The notes under the pieces: generated by a model | What the model saw: only the letters and a program-made list of their open reading frames with translations | Told to the model about the DNA's origin: nothing | Databases searched by the model: none | From: Camelus dromedarius | Lineage: Eukaryota | DNA length: 64,000 nucleotides | Assembly (NCBI RefSeq): GCF_036321535.1 | Contig: NC_087436.1 | Span: 86,926,001-86,990,000, forward strand | Direction: 5' to 3' | Position numbers and translations under genes: made by a program | Shown here: piece by piece, positions 38,649 through 51,562 of the stretch | Position numbering within the stretch: the stretch's first letter is position 1 | How the letters are laid out: every line of letters starts with the position of its first letter

Positions 38649-41004
38649 CGCATATTTAAAACAGCCATTTTCCCTGGAACATTATGTGTATTTGAACAGA
38701 AGACACAGTCAACTCTCTATGTGGTTGTCTGACTATATCAAAAACATACTTTTGTTTTACTAATTATAACATTAATTCAGATCTTAAAGTAAATGAATCT
38801 CCTGCTCTGCTCTCCTCAATTACATGGAAATATACCGGTAAAGTATTACTTACAAATGACATAGGACTCTTACTTAAATAATCCATTTAATATCATGGGA
38901 TACTAAAATTGCCATCCCTGTCTTAGCATTGTTATTTAAAGAAGACTGTTCAGATTCATCATGTTCGTAATTAGATTTGAAATGAGCTGAGTTAATAATA
39001 AATTCAACTGCCTGTTAAATGGGCAGATCTTATCTGATAGTCACAGCTACACAGGCAAATTAGGTGCTGAGGATGCGGGGGAGATTCCCTTTGCTTGAAT
39101 TCCAGAGAGGGCTTATGCTGAGGGTGCTGAGTGCTTCTCTACCCTCTGAGCTGTCCTTGTTCTATAAGGTGGGTGGTCCTGCTAGTCTCTGCATTGCCTG
39201 TTAGCTGCTCAGCATCGCTGTTGGTAACTTTACTTTTTGGCTGCTAGCACAAGACAAGGTATATGTGACTTGACTTCTCTGCTCAACCACATTGGAAAAC
39301 TAATGAGAGGCCTGCAGTTACCCTCCCTCCCAGCCTTGAATGGCACTTACTTTCTCCCCGTGTTGATGAGCAAGCTCCTTGTTTCTGCTTTTTTGGTCTT
39401 TATCATCTGTACTCAACTTTCCTCCTTTTCCCAATATCTCCTTCTACAGCCTCATTGTTTGTCTTTAGTCTCCCCAGTCAGCACCCTTATTCTTCTTCCC
39501 TCCCCATATATACAGGAATCTAAAACTGAAGGACATGGAAGAAAGTATAGCAACAAATTATTAGTGGCTAAAAGTGGTTCCTCACTAGGGAAGCTACCAA
39601 TTAGAAAGAAACACAATATACTGTATACCAAAAATCCTGTGGAAAATCATGTCTCTAGGTGGGAGTCAGGCTAGTTCACACTACTTGTTATTGTTCAAAT
39701 TGTCATTCATGTACAATTATACAATTTAATTGACTAATTTTTAGGAAAAAATATTAGACGTTAAGTCCTTTTGTTGCGGGTAAAACAGAATCAGCTCTTT
39801 CCTATGAAACTGGCTGTGTTCCCTTTCCTTAAGCCCAGGAGCTGTCATTTCTTTGGGGGCTAAAACATACATTTCACATTAACATTTTAGAGATGTTGAT
39901 GGGGCCCAATTATTGTGGCCGAGGCTGCATGGTCAGGGTTTGCTGTAAAAATGGACATTCCCCTGGGTCCTCACCTGAGGTCATTAAATTGATTTAGTCT
40001 GGGTCCACTGGCTGCATTTTCATGCAGCTTAGCTGTAAAAATACAAGGCCCCATTGTGTAATACAGGCAGTGCATTGTTATTTTTCTAGGCCTGTCAATG
40101 TAAAAAATGTGTCTGTTTGCCTTCCCCTATGACCTGAGGGGGAAAAAATTCTTTTAGCTCTATTACAGAGTAGCAGGACACCCTGGAAATGTTGGTTTTG
40201 GGAGGTACCTTGAAGAATAACATAGAAAGATCTGGCAATATAATTTGGTAAAGGTGCCAGGGGTACACATGTTCATCTGGGGCCACTTTATTACTCTCCC
40301 TTTTCAGTTAAGGACCAGGTCTAGGACTGAACCACATTAAGAGTCTCAGAGAGGATAGTGGTTCTTCTGATGGTGGTCTGCTGTGGCCAGAGAGGTCCTT
40401 TTCACTTCAGCTAGTCAGAAGAGAGGCCAAGCAAATGGGCAAATGCACCAATAATTGAAACCCTAGGAAGCCACACTAAATATACTGTGTCCAAGATTTG
40501 CCCGAAATAAACGAGATGGGATTCAGCTGGCCTGGACATTTAGTATAATGTGTGTTGTGGGTTGTTGCAGGACCCATGAGTCTGTCATAAGATTCTGTTG
40601 AATCTGGGTGTTTTCTTTTATCTCTCTCTTTTCTTTCCTTTTCTTTTTTGGCATGTGGCCATTGGTAGCCATTTCTTCAGATATGTCTTCTTGTAGCTTC
40701 CTCTAGGATGGTTCTGTTTTGTCCTAGAGGTACTGGGCTGAATACCTTACAGGAAATTGCCACACAGCTTCATATGTGGTTTTGCAATGGGCCTATTTTT
40801 AGGCTACTTTCTTTACCTCTGGGATTCCCAGGCGTTGTTTCTCAAGGGTAGGTCTCCAGCTATGGACGTTTAAATGCTCCAAGTAAACACGAGAAAGAAG
40901 CTGTGTCACTTTTCCACTTACCACCCCACTATGCTCTGGGCTTCTGAGATGCTCGTTTGGGAGTGATTGACAAAAGTCTTACTGCCGCAGGCTCCGGAGC
41001 TTCA

Positions 41005-41220
41005 CAGGCCCAGGTAGAACCTGAACTCTGCCACATCCCGTCTGTGTGACCTCCAGCAGGTGCCTTATCCTCTTGGAGCATCAGTTTCCTAATACATAAA
41101 ATGGAGATTAATAGCAGACCTTCAAGGGCTTGCTTTGAAGATTAAATCAGATAATGAAGGCAAATTGCTTAGTAGATAGTAAGCAGTCAATAAATGTTAG
41201 ATACTACAATTAGGTATTAT
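41005..41220 (+). mobile_element. MIR SINE
   Basis: ctgtgtgacct...cagtttcct...taaaatggagat...gaagattaaat...caataaatgttag. Confidence 0.7.
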
Positions 41221-41514
41221 TACTGCTATTGTGAATATCCTGACCTAATTCATGCCCTGCACCCACAAACCCAAACCCTTAAATTATCATCATGGCTGCT
41301 TCTCTCCTCTTAATCTGTTAAATTTAACTTTTTAAAGGTGGACTTAAAAAAAAAACCTCATTTTGGAAGACTGAGCTATTCATTCTGATTCTTTACTTCA
41401 CCTATCTCTGCTTTCTTATGCCCTAAAAGGTTTCAGTTTCTTTAAACTAATACTGATTAAAATGTCCTTATTCTTGGCTACCAGTTGTATGTCCTACTGT
41501 GCATTTTCCGGTTC

Positions 41515-42065
41515 AAATTCAATAGATGTTTATCAGGCACCTTCTGTGTGATAGGCACCGTGCCAGGAAGTAAGGATATGGAGCTGGAAAATACATGATT
41601 CTTGCCCTTGAGGAGCCTTATCTTTAGTGGGGAAACAGACATGTAAAATGTCAACTAAAGTACGGAATGATAACTGTCATAAATTATAGGACAGATGAAA
41701 GATACACAGAACAACCGAGGAGAAGATGCTCCTGACTCAGTCCCAGGGAGGCCAGGGAGTCGTCACCAAGGGGCAGAGTCGAGCGATTCCCTGAGGACTA
41801 GGAGGGCATCAGGGGGACAGCATGTTGATGCCTCTCTAGTCAGAGCGGACAGCAGAAACAGAAGCATGGAGGTAAGCAATGGAATGACCTGTAGAGAGAA
41901 TTTCAGGGGGAACACATGCCTGGAGCCTGTGCACGTGTGCAGCACTGGGAGTTGAGATGAGAGGGTCTGGAGGGGCTAGATTACAAAGCACTTTGTTCAC
42001 CTTCCTGAGGAATTTAGACTTTATCCCACAGACCGTGATGGAGCCATTGCAGGGATTTCAGCAGT
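41515..42065 (-). mobile_element. L2 fragment
   Basis: ggcaccttctgtgtgataggcac...cttgcccttgaggagc...gaggaatttagactttatcc...ggagccattg. Confidence 0.75.
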
Positions 42066-42547
42066 GGAGTCCCTGTTTTATTTTTCATTAAAGTACCACT
42101 TAGCACAAATCATAAGTCTGTGGACTAAGGAAGTTTTCATATGTACGCACCCACGGGGATGTACAGTATTTCCAGCAGCTCACTTGTACCTACCCCCATC
42201 TGTCCTCACAGACGTAATCGCCATTGTGACTCCCTTCACCATACATTAATTTTGCCAGCTTTCAGCTTTGTATGGCTTGATTCATGCAGTATGTGCTCTT
42301 TTGTGTCTGGCTCCTTTTATTCAACATTTTGTCTATGAGATCTATCCATGTTGTTGTTAAGTAACAGTAGCCTATTGCTTTTTGAATGCTGAGTAGCTTT
42401 GCATTGTATGAAAATACCTCTACAGTCTCTTGTGACTACTGTTTTTTTTTTCAGCTCTTGACCTAAATTGCCTGAAAGTGGACCAAGAATGGACTCTTTC
42501 TCCACTTTCATTTTTGCTCTCTTTATTAAATGCTCATTGGATAAGTC

Positions 42548-43805
42548 TTTTTCTTTTTAATTATTGACATATAGTCACTTAAAAATGTGTCAATTTCTGG
42601 TGTACAGCATAATGTTTCAGTCATACATATACATATATATTTATTTTCAGATTCTTTTTCATTATAGGTTACTACATGATATTGAATATAGGTCCCTGTG
42701 CTATACAGAAGAAACTTGTTTATCTGTTTTATATATAGTTGTTAATATTTGCAAATCTCAAGCTCCCAATTTATCCTTTTCCTGTGAGTCTGTTTCTGTT
42801 TTATAGATCAGTTTATTTGTGTCTTCTTTTTTTCAGATTCCACATATGAGTGATATTATATGATATTTTTCTTTCTCTTTCTGACTTACTTCACTTAGAA
42901 TAACAATCTCCAGGTCCATCCATGTTGCAGCAAATGGCATTATTTTGTTCTTTTTTATGGCTGAGTAGTATTCCATTGTGTAAATATACCACAGCTTCTT
43001 TATCCAGACATCTGTCAGTAGACATTTAGGTTGCTTCCATGTCTTGGTTATTGTATATAGTGCTGCTATGAACCCTGGGATGCATGTATCTTTTTGAATT
43101 AGAGTTGCCTTGGGACATATGCCCAGGAGTGGGATTACTGGATTATATGATAAGTATAATTTTAGTCTTTTGAGGAATCTCCATACTGTTTTCCATAATG
43201 GTTGCACCAAACTACCATTCCCACCAACAGTATAGGAGGGTTCCCTTTTCTCCACACCTTCTCCAGCATTTATCATTTGTGGACTGTTTAATGATGACCA
43301 TTCTGACTAGTGTGAGGTGATACCTTATTGTAGTTTTGACTTGCATTTCTCTGATCATTAGCAATATTGAGCATTTTTTCATGTGCCTATTGGCATTTGT
43401 ATGTCTTCATTGGAGAATTGCTTGTTTAGGTCTTCTGCCCATTTTTGGATTGGGTTGTTTATTATTAAGTTGTATGAGCTGTTTTTATATTCTGGAAATT
43501 AAGCTTTTGTCAGCTGCATCATTTGCAAATATTTTCTCCCATTCTGTAGGTTTTCTTTTTGTTTTGCTTATAGTTTCCTTTGCTATGCAAAAGCTTATAC
43601 ATTTAGTTAGGCCTCATTTGTTTATTTTTGCTTTTATTTCTATTGTCTGGGTAGACTGCCCTAGGAGAACACTGCTAAGATTTATGACAGAAAATGTTTT
43701 GTCTATGTTTTTGATCATGTCTTTTCTTATGTTTAAGTTTTTAAGACATTTTGAGTTTATTTTTGTGTATGGTGTTCTAACTTCATTGATTTACATGTGG
43801 CTGTC
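42548..43805 (-). mobile_element. Younger lineage-specific 5'-truncated L1 (about 1.25 kb)
   Basis: T-rich tail at the left end; contains the ORF2 C-terminus. 3'UTR shared with the copies at 8897 and 62104. Confidence 0.92.
42833..43276 (-). pseudogene. L1 ORF2 C-terminal remnant (147 codons)
   Basis: [16 protein letters not shown]...[13 protein letters not shown]...WKQPKC...WIKKLWYIYTMEYYSAIKKN...FAATWMDLE is typical L1 ORF2p C-terminal sequence. Confidence 0.9.
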
Positions 43806-43989
43806 ATTGATACCATTGAGGCTTTAATTTGGGCCTGTCCCTCTGTCCCATCTGAAAGATCAAGGATCTGTTAGTAGCTGGAACATGTAAGATCCTGAAT
43901 ATCTCAAGGGAAGATTAGCTCAAGGGTGTTCTAGTTCATAATGTAAGGTCTTCATTTTCTTGTTATTCTTTACTGCCTCCCATGACCTC

Positions 43990-44430
43990 ATCAGTTAACA
44001 AATGATTATTGAGAACTTACTGGTGCCGGATATTGGGACACATGACAAGAAGATTGTAATAAACAGTAAATCAAGATTCCACCCTAATCCGGAGGGCTGC
44101 AGAATACTTTCTTAAAGGAGTAACAGTTGATCTGTGAAGTGAAGAATGAGGAGGAGTTAGCTAGGAGAAGGGCAGACACAAAGGCCCTAAGTGGGAAGAA
44201 ACCCCCAAAGTTCCAGAAACTGAAAGAAGGTTGGTGTATCTGGAATGACAAGGGAAAGGGGGGAGGGGGTAGAATTGGAGCTGGAGATGTAGACAGTGAC
44301 CCAATCATGTGAGGGCTCGCAGCCCCTTAAGGATCTTGGATTTTATTATAAAGGCAATGTGAAGCCTTTGAACAGAAGGGGAGTAATGTGATTTGTTTTG
44401 CATTTTTAAAATAATTAGATTCCCTGCTGT
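43990..44430 (-). mobile_element. L2 fragment
   Basis: ttattgagaacttact...ggattttatt...gaagcctttgaacag...gatttgttttgcattttt. Confidence 0.7.
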
Positions 44431-44824
44431 ACTTTTATTAAAAGAAAGGGGCCTACTGCTGAATACCTGACCTATAGGTTGGGGCCCTGTAGGGAAATTA
44501 GCCCTAATTGAGGGACCAGCCATTATTCTTCGATGGCCTCATCTCCTTTTTAACATGTTTAGGTCTTTTCTGTATTTTTTCTCCTTCCTTGAATCCTAGA
44601 CTTTCCAAACTTCCCTCCCTTTGCCTAGAATATGAGGGGAAGTACTCTGCAGAACTGCTTTAAAATCCTTACTTTTTTCTTTAATTGAAGTTTTTTTTAA
44701 TGGTGGTAAACCTCAGGATTTTAACTTCAGAGGAGTTAACACTTTGATACATCATTAGTTTGCTTCAGTATCATTAGCTTTACTCTGTATCCAGACTGAA
44801 AAACAATTTAGTGACATAAGCAAC

Positions 44825-45217
44825 TGTATGAATCAACCCTAGCTACTGTAATTAAAAAACAAAAGAAAATCAAGGTGACTTAACGTAAAGTTTCATTTTC
44901 TTACTCAAGCCTAGTGTGATCAAGGTGGCCCTCCTTTAAGAGGTGACTCGGACCTGGGCTCCTTCTCCTGGGTGCTCCCACCATCTCAGAATCTGTAGCT
45001 TCCAACCACACTGCTGGGGAAAAAGTGGTCCAGAAGATTGTGCAGAATGTTCTGCTGCTCATCCAGGAAGAGGCCACTGTCACTCCTGCACACATTCTCT
45101 TGGACAGAGCACAGTCTCATGCCCCCAGAACCCAGTGGAAGGAAGGCAGGCTGATGAGGGACCTCCTGAGTGCCAGGAAGAAAATTCAAGGAGTCAGCAT
45201 CCAGCCTGTCTGCCACA
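44825..45217 (-). mobile_element. MLT1-like solo LTR
   Basis: TG...CA ends (tgtatg...tgtctgccaca); gtgactcggacctgggctccttc, cacattctcttggacagagcacagtc. Confidence 0.6.
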
Positions 45218-45264
45218 GTGATATAAAATGTACTAAAACTTTTGTTGCTCTTTGCAAATTTCAT

Positions 45265-45830
45265 TTATTCATCCTTTTATTCACTAAGTGTCCTAAGTAA
45301 CTGGACTGTGCCAGGTACTAGGAATACAGTGGGAAATAAGACAGACATGGTCTCTGCAGTTTAGCCAAGAGAGGAAGAGAAAACAATCTCACAAATTGAT
45401 ACAGAATTAGAGCATCATAATAGGGTCATGAAGGAAGCTAGCCTGATGTTATGAGAGCAAACATACTGGGAGAGACCTGACCAGTCCACAAGTGTTCAGG
45501 GAGAGCATCTCTGAGGAAGAGGCTGTTAAGCTGCCACCCAACAGGAAGTGGAGAGACAGAAGTGGGCAGCTTTCCCAGGGAGCAAGAAAGGGCACTGGGG
45601 AGTTTAAGGAACTGAAGGAAGCATGGCTGAAGCCCACGGAGAATGGAGAGACAGGAGCCAGATGATGCAGGGTCTGGTGGGCCATGAGAAGGAAACGTTG
45701 GAGGAAACATGGTAGTGGGAAGCCACTGAAGGATTTTCAGCCTAGGAGTAACATGATCATATATGTGTTTTGTAAAACACTGGCCTCAAGGTGGAGAATG
45801 GATTGGAACGAGACCAGGGATGGTGTGGGC
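45265..45830 (-). mobile_element. L2 fragment
   Basis: tgtgccaggtact...aataagacagacatgg...gggaagccactgaaggatttt...gtggagaatggattgg. Confidence 0.75.
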
Positions 45831-47624
45831 AATCAGATACATTATCTGGATAGCTTTTTCCTGGTTTCTGTTCTTCCTTCATAGCCTCCCACCAGTATGT
45901 AAAACTATTGGGCTCCAAAGGAAGCATTGTAATTTTTAGTTCCAGATATGGCAATGTTATCTGTATTACTGAAGTAGACTAATCTAATCCAACTCTGAGC
46001 CCTTTGTCATCTTGAAATGTTCCTCATGGCCTCTACTGACTGTTGACTCAGTTAATCACATCAGCTATTTAGCCAGACTGATGTTGGCAAGGTTTGCTGC
46101 CACTTAATCTGGAGCTGGTAGAATGCAGTGCCCAAGACTGCCCATCTGCCATTTTGAAAAAGTCTAATCAGTACCTCACTTGTCCAGCATTACTGGGGGA
46201 TGAGCTGTCCCCATAAGATCTTGTTTCTCTTAAGTACTCAGACTTTTTTTAAGACTTATTAAATTTCTGATTTCAAAGTGGACATAGGAACAATGTTAAA
46301 GATGGAGTTTTAAAGGAAAAAAAAATCCTTTACTCCATTGGACAACTGTGCATATCACATTAGAATGTACATACATCAAAATATCTTCCACTGTGTTTTC
46401 TTTTTTTTAACCTCAATATAGTGACTACAGCAGAAATAAATATCTGTGTGCTGAGTCAAAGAATGTATGAATGAATATATGTTAATCAAATAAATTTTTT
46501 AAATGTTAAAAAGTCAAAAGAAGAAATTTTAAATGACCTAAAATAATTTTAACCAAAAAAAGGCCTATAATCGCTCCACTGAAAGACAAATTTTACCTGT
46601 GCATTTTTACATAGTTTTAATGGACCATTTTGTATCCTGCTTTTCTAGAGAAACATTTTTATGGCCTTTTTTCTAAAATATTTAACATTATTTTCTAACA
46701 AGAGAGTCAGAGCAGATACCATTATCAGAAGTTTTAAAAAGAAATAAACTCAGACTCAGATTAGATGGCTGGGTGCAAGAGGCAGGACCAGAAAAGATCC
46801 CATGCTTTCAACTGACAGGTTTCTTTCATTCACCATGCCCCACTTCCCCTCTGCTCACCCTTATTTGTCATCCTGTCATTTGGGAACAAAATGAGGAGGA
46901 GGGAGTGGCTAATGGCAATGACACAAAGAGGTTTAGAGCATCAGGACAGACTGCCTGGATTTGAGTCCCAGTTCCTCTGTGTGAGCATGCTCAAGTTCCT
47001 TAAACTTGGTAGACCTACCACATGTGTGTATCATTGATGTGTGTGTGTGAATGTGTGTAGGTGAGGAGATTGGGTGGGGAGCTGACAGTTCAGGGGTCAA
47101 GAGGATACATACCCTATAAAAAAGATGTGTGGAAGATACTTGTGTTTTTACTCTTTAGAGAAGAGCAGAAGAGAGGTGTAATGATACAATCATATTGAGT
47201 GGATCTTTGCAAAAACCACTTCCATGGGAAAAAGAAATTTGTCTTTTTTCATCCACTCTCTTTAAGTCCTAGAATAATTCTTGAAATATACTAGGTATTC
47301 AATAAATAAATATTTGTTGGATATTTAAAATGAAAAGAAAAACTTGGGGAAATAATTACTCTACACATAATTGCAAGACACATAGGATTGGTAAAATGAG
47401 AATGTCAGGTGCCATTTTGAAACATTATTTTCCAGGGCTTGTTCTTAATTTATGATCTTCTGGGTATCACAAGAGGAAAATGCATGCTCTTTTTAAAAAT
47501 GATACTGTAATTTAGACTCATTTATGCCATTGCTGACTTGTATTATAGGTACTAAAGATGTGTTCTGAAAAGAGTTTTCAGTATGGACTTTTCAACCTCA
47601 GAGAAGACTTAAAACTTGAATTGA

Positions 47625-47780
47625 AAATCCAGAGAGCTGGATTTTGATTCCACTTCGGCTCCTTAGTAGCTGTGACCATGGATAGTTGAGTGACCTTTCT
47701 GTCTTTAGTTTCCTCATCTTTAAAATGGGTTGGTCACCTAAATGATATCTGGGAGACTTTCCAACTCTACAAAGCTATGA
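47625..47780 (+). mobile_element. MIR/MIR3 SINE
   Basis: tagctgtgacc...tttagtttcctcatctttaaaatggg...ttccaactcta. Confidence 0.7.
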
Positions 47781-47829
47781 TTTTTTTTTATTCCATGGAC
47801 AGTGAGTAAACTTATATTTTAAGAAGTTA

Positions 47830-47953
47830 GGGAGGGTGGATATAGCTCAGCGGTAGAGCACATGCTTAGCTTGTGCGAGGTCCTGGGTTCAATCCCCAGT
47901 ACCTCCATTAAAAAAAACTAAAACTAAAAATTTAAAAATTTAAAATAAAAAAA
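47830..47953 (+). mobile_element. tRNA-Ala(AGC)-derived short SINE (camelid Vic-1 type)
   Basis: GGGAGGGTGGATATAGCTCAGCGGTAGAGCACATGCTTAGCTTGTGCGAGGTCCTGGGTTCAATCCCCAGTACCTCCA plus an A-rich tail; A box and B box present. Confidence 0.88.
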
Positions 47954-48312
47954 GTAAATTGAGACATTAGATTATAACTATAAGAGAATTTGTTTACGAA
48001 GAGTATTTCAAGGCATATTAAAGTTTTTCTTAGTTCATAGGAACTTATATTGAGATAGCCATACTTTTTTTATTTTCCAAAATATGTAAATAATTAGTAG
48101 ATAAATTCATTCCCTCATTAAGTAAATGTTTGTCATTCAATAAGTATACCTGCAATACATGCGCCTGGCGTTGTGTGCTAATCCCGCAAAGAAAGTACCT
48201 TACTTGGAGAATATAAGACCAATAGATATCTAAGATTCAATCTAATTTTATAAGGAAACTTGTGGGAAAATAAAATTATAAGTATGTTTTATTATACAGA
48301 GAGTGAGAAAAG

Positions 48313-48317
<5 letters not shown>

Positions 48318-48347
<30 letters not shown>
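48318..48347. repeat. (TG)15 microsatellite
   Basis: Direct reading. Confidence 0.95.
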
Positions 48348-48350
<3 letters not shown>

Positions 48351-48705
48351 TACAGTGTATGAAATCACAAGTTCTGGATACATGGTAATATGTTACTGAC
48401 CCTCAAAATTACATTTTGAGACCTAAATTACATATCTAATAAGAAATATATTGGCCATGGAATACTAGTGCATAGCAGGCAATAAAACACAAATTGCATT
48501 AATAAATGAAGTGACTCTTAGATGAGATTAGAAAAGCAAACACCAGCACTAAATGTCTTGGAACACTCCTAAGTAAAAAGCCACATTATAAAACAAATAC
48601 GCATTCCAGTAGAGGGCATACAGTCAAAGCAATGATATTAGTGAAATCTAGCGTGAAGGAAAAACTAAAATGCTGTAAATCTGCTTGAATTCTTCTCCAG
48701 GTAAC

Positions 48706-48982
48706 CTGAGTATTTGGGAAACTGTGCCATTTGCTATGACACGGTGGGGCCCACACTGCCACCAGGGACAGCGTGGCAGTTCTCCTGCTACTGTCTGCTG
48801 AACACAAATGGCAGGCTCTTCAGTTGAATTTTCCATTGCAGTAGCTTTATTTTTAGTGGCATAGTTCTGTACTAAGTGGACTGTAAGTTCATACAGCTCA
48901 TTCCAGACCCAAGGCAGGTGTTCTTTTGCAGGGAGCAGAGGTGGGAGCTCGGGTGTGGAGATAGGTGGATATGATTTATGTG
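48706..48982 (-). other. Candidate exon (277 nt, open frame), unassigned
   Basis: Acceptor cattgttttttttctgccag|CA; weak donor CAG|gttacc; frame HKSYPPISTPELPPLLPAKEHLPWVWNEL...SQIL is open. Confidence 0.2.
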
Positions 48983-49211
48983 CTGGCAGAAAAAAAACAA
49001 TGACAGTAAGAGAAATATACTTGCCTCCTTTTGGACTCACTGTCTGAGATGAGGACCAAACTATAAGCCTATAATGCGATAACTAGTCATTCTAATCCTG
49101 GCTGCAGTGAGTTTTGTGAAGTTAAAAAGGAGGAGGAGAAAGAGAGAGAAGAGAAATGAGCTCCAAGAGCTACTAAATCACCATCTCTGTGGTTAGAATA
49201 TTTTGAACAAC

Positions 49212-49302
49212 CTTTTTTTTTTTTTAATAGAGGTACTGGGATTGAACCCAGGACCTCATGCATGCTAGGCATGTGGTCTACCACTGAGATATACCCTCCC
49301 CC
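49212..49302 (-). mobile_element. tRNA-Ala-derived short SINE (camelid Vic-1 type)
   Basis: Reverse complement GGGGGAGGGTATATCTCAGTGGTAGACCACATGCCTAGCATGCATGAGGTCCTGGGTTCAATCCCAGTACCTC plus poly(A). 10-bp TSD tttgaacaac at 49202-49211 and 49303-49312. Confidence 0.9.
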
Positions 49303-49809
49303 TTTGAACAACTCTTCTACTAAGGCTAGACAACAGGATACCTGAGAGGGAGTAGTGAGTGCCCAGTCTGCATGGCCAGGCAAGGCTACTTCGTGAAGGG
49401 TCTTGTGGGACCTGCTATCGTATAGAATAGTTTTATTCTTTAAGGAGTGAAAAGTCATAGGAGCAGAGGACCATTGTGTTCACATCTGGGTCTTGAGACA
49501 AATCACTGTTCTGAGGGGCAAAGCTGGAAACAAGGAGCCTTGTTAGGAGATTTCTGTCAGCGTGCAGGCAGTAATGACTGCGCCATTGCAGTGGGGTGGA
49601 GAGGAGGCGATAGCTTCCAAAGGTGTTTGAGGGGGAGTGTCCACAGGGTCTGGAGCGAGCTGCAGGGTTCTAGATTGAACGGTTAGGGGTCAGGAAGTGC
49701 TGTTTTTGAAGATGGGAAAAACAGGTCAAAGAAACAAGTCTGGGGAGGACACAGTGGGTTCACCTGTGGCGTAATAGCTTTGGAATGACTGGGGAACATT
49801 TTTCTAACA

Positions 49810-50560
49810 GGCATAATTATATTGTCTCCAACGGGTCTCCCTGCTCCTGCCTTTGCTCCTCTGTAACCTTATCACAGCAGCCAAAATCGTCCTTTAAAAA
49901 CAGAATTCAGACTATGTCATTCCTCTGCTCAAAAAATCCTTTATTAGCTTCTCACCTCACTCAGTAGAAGCTGAAGTCTCCTCAGCGGCCTACCAGCCCC
50001 ACCTGCCATGTTCCCTCCGACCTCACCTCCTCCTATTCTTACCTTGGTCACGCCACTTCAGCTACACAGGCCTGCACGTGGTTCCTCAGACAGGCCAGCA
50101 GGCTGGGACTGCTCCTGCCTCAGGGCTTTTGTACTTGCTATTGTTCCTGCCTCAGGTAGGGGTTATTGTTGTTGTGCTGCTGTTGTTGTTTTGGATTGTG
50201 TTCAAGCCCAAAACAGGATCTGGGACCTTAGTAAGTGAGAGAGTGGCTCCTTCCCTTACCTGCTTCAGATCCTTGCTGCAGTGTCTCCTGGCCTACTACG
50301 ATTACAAATGCCCCCTCCCTTCTCCTATACCCCTTGCAAAATCCTCACATTTAAATCTTCAGTGCAAATAGCTTTTCTGAAGGATGGTTCCATATTAGAA
50401 TGGTTATTCATGTAGTCACTTATTCATTCATTTAATCCACAAATATTAAGTACCTACCAAGTGCAGGGCACTGTCCCGAGTGCGGTAGACACAGCAGTGA
50501 ACAACACAGACAAATATCCACGCCTCATGGAGCTACATTCTAGCCAGGGGAGTCAATATA
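49810..50560. mobile_element. L2 fragments (plus then minus orientation)
   Basis: cacagcagcc...atgtcattcctctgctcaaaa...cctgcctcagggcttttgtacttgct; then attcattcattt...ggcactgt...cagcagtgaacaa. Confidence 0.75.
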
Positions 50561-50984
50561 CAAGTAAGTACAATATATGCTATTATGCATTATCCTCTTT
50601 ATGCTGCTTGCCCAGAAAACCTGATGTAGGACAGGAGGATAAAATGGGCTTAACTTGAGTTCAGGTTTAGCAGGAAAAAGTAGTGACAGGGACAAGGGTG
50701 CTTGGATGATGAAGCCTGGGCTGGAGAGGGAAGAAAGCAAAATTCCAGAAACCAGAGAAAAGTTTAAAGAAGAGGGAATAATAAACCGTATTCCTTTTGC
50801 CCACAAGATTAAAAAAAAAAAAAAAGATTTTCATTTACTTGCTTCTAAAGTCTCAAAAATATCCTTTAAGTTTATAATTACTTATTAATTTATTCAATTC
50901 AGAAACTGTTTGTTGAGTCCATATTATGTGCCAGAGACTGTCATGGTCTCTGGAAAAACAGTGTTAGGGCACATTATTAAATTA

Positions 50985-51135
50985 TTGAGTTGGAAGGGAC
51001 CTTAGAGTTAAATTAGGCTAAAATCCCCACATTTTGTAAATCACAGAAACCAAGCCCCAGGAAAGTGAGGTGGCTTGCCCAGTGATGCATAACCAGTTAG
51101 CTGGAATTTGTGGCTGGGTCTCCAGACTCAAAATC
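50985..51135 (-). mobile_element. MIR/MIR3 SINE
   Basis: gagttggaagggaccttagag...cattttg...gaaaccaagcccca...ggcttgccca. Confidence 0.7.
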
Positions 51136-51562
51136 AGTGCTCAATCCAAGCGACATTCCTTAGGATCAAGCCTTTTAAAGGCATACACTTACCATTTTAT
51201 GATGGAAATCACCAAGAAAATGGCATTTTCTTTCTTTTCAGCTTGCCTTTCAGGAACCTCCATAAAATAAAGTCGAGTGCACGAGTGCAGGGAAGGACAC
51301 AATCATTGAATGTACTAGTGAAGAATTGTGCTTACAAGTAAGAGAAATCTACTTGAGCTAGCATGCACATCAGAGGGGGAACACTGGGAAGAATTTATTA
51401 TAGGTTACACTAGTAACTGGTGTAGCCTGGATTATGTGTCTGCTCCCTGCACAGCCAGTAATGTCAGGACAAAGTCATATGATAAAAACAAGGCTTTACA
51501 AGGGATTATGGAGTGGGAGTGGACAGAGGAGTTCTCAGAAAAAAAGAAGAGTCCTTGTAAAG

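Noticed and set aside
39237..39674. 145-aa ORF
   Set aside because: Non-ATG start, composition driven by pyrimidine-rich DNA, no homology recognised.
43336..43827. 163-aa hydrophobic plus-strand ORF
   Set aside because: It is the antisense reading of L1 ORF2, a common artefact.
44901..45300. Cluster of overlapping ORFs
   Set aside because: They fall within an MLT1 LTR relic.
47833..47907. Functional tRNA-Ala(AGC) gene
   Set aside because: Altered 5' end, mismatched stems, A-rich tail and multiple diverged copies (two with TSDs) indicate a SINE.
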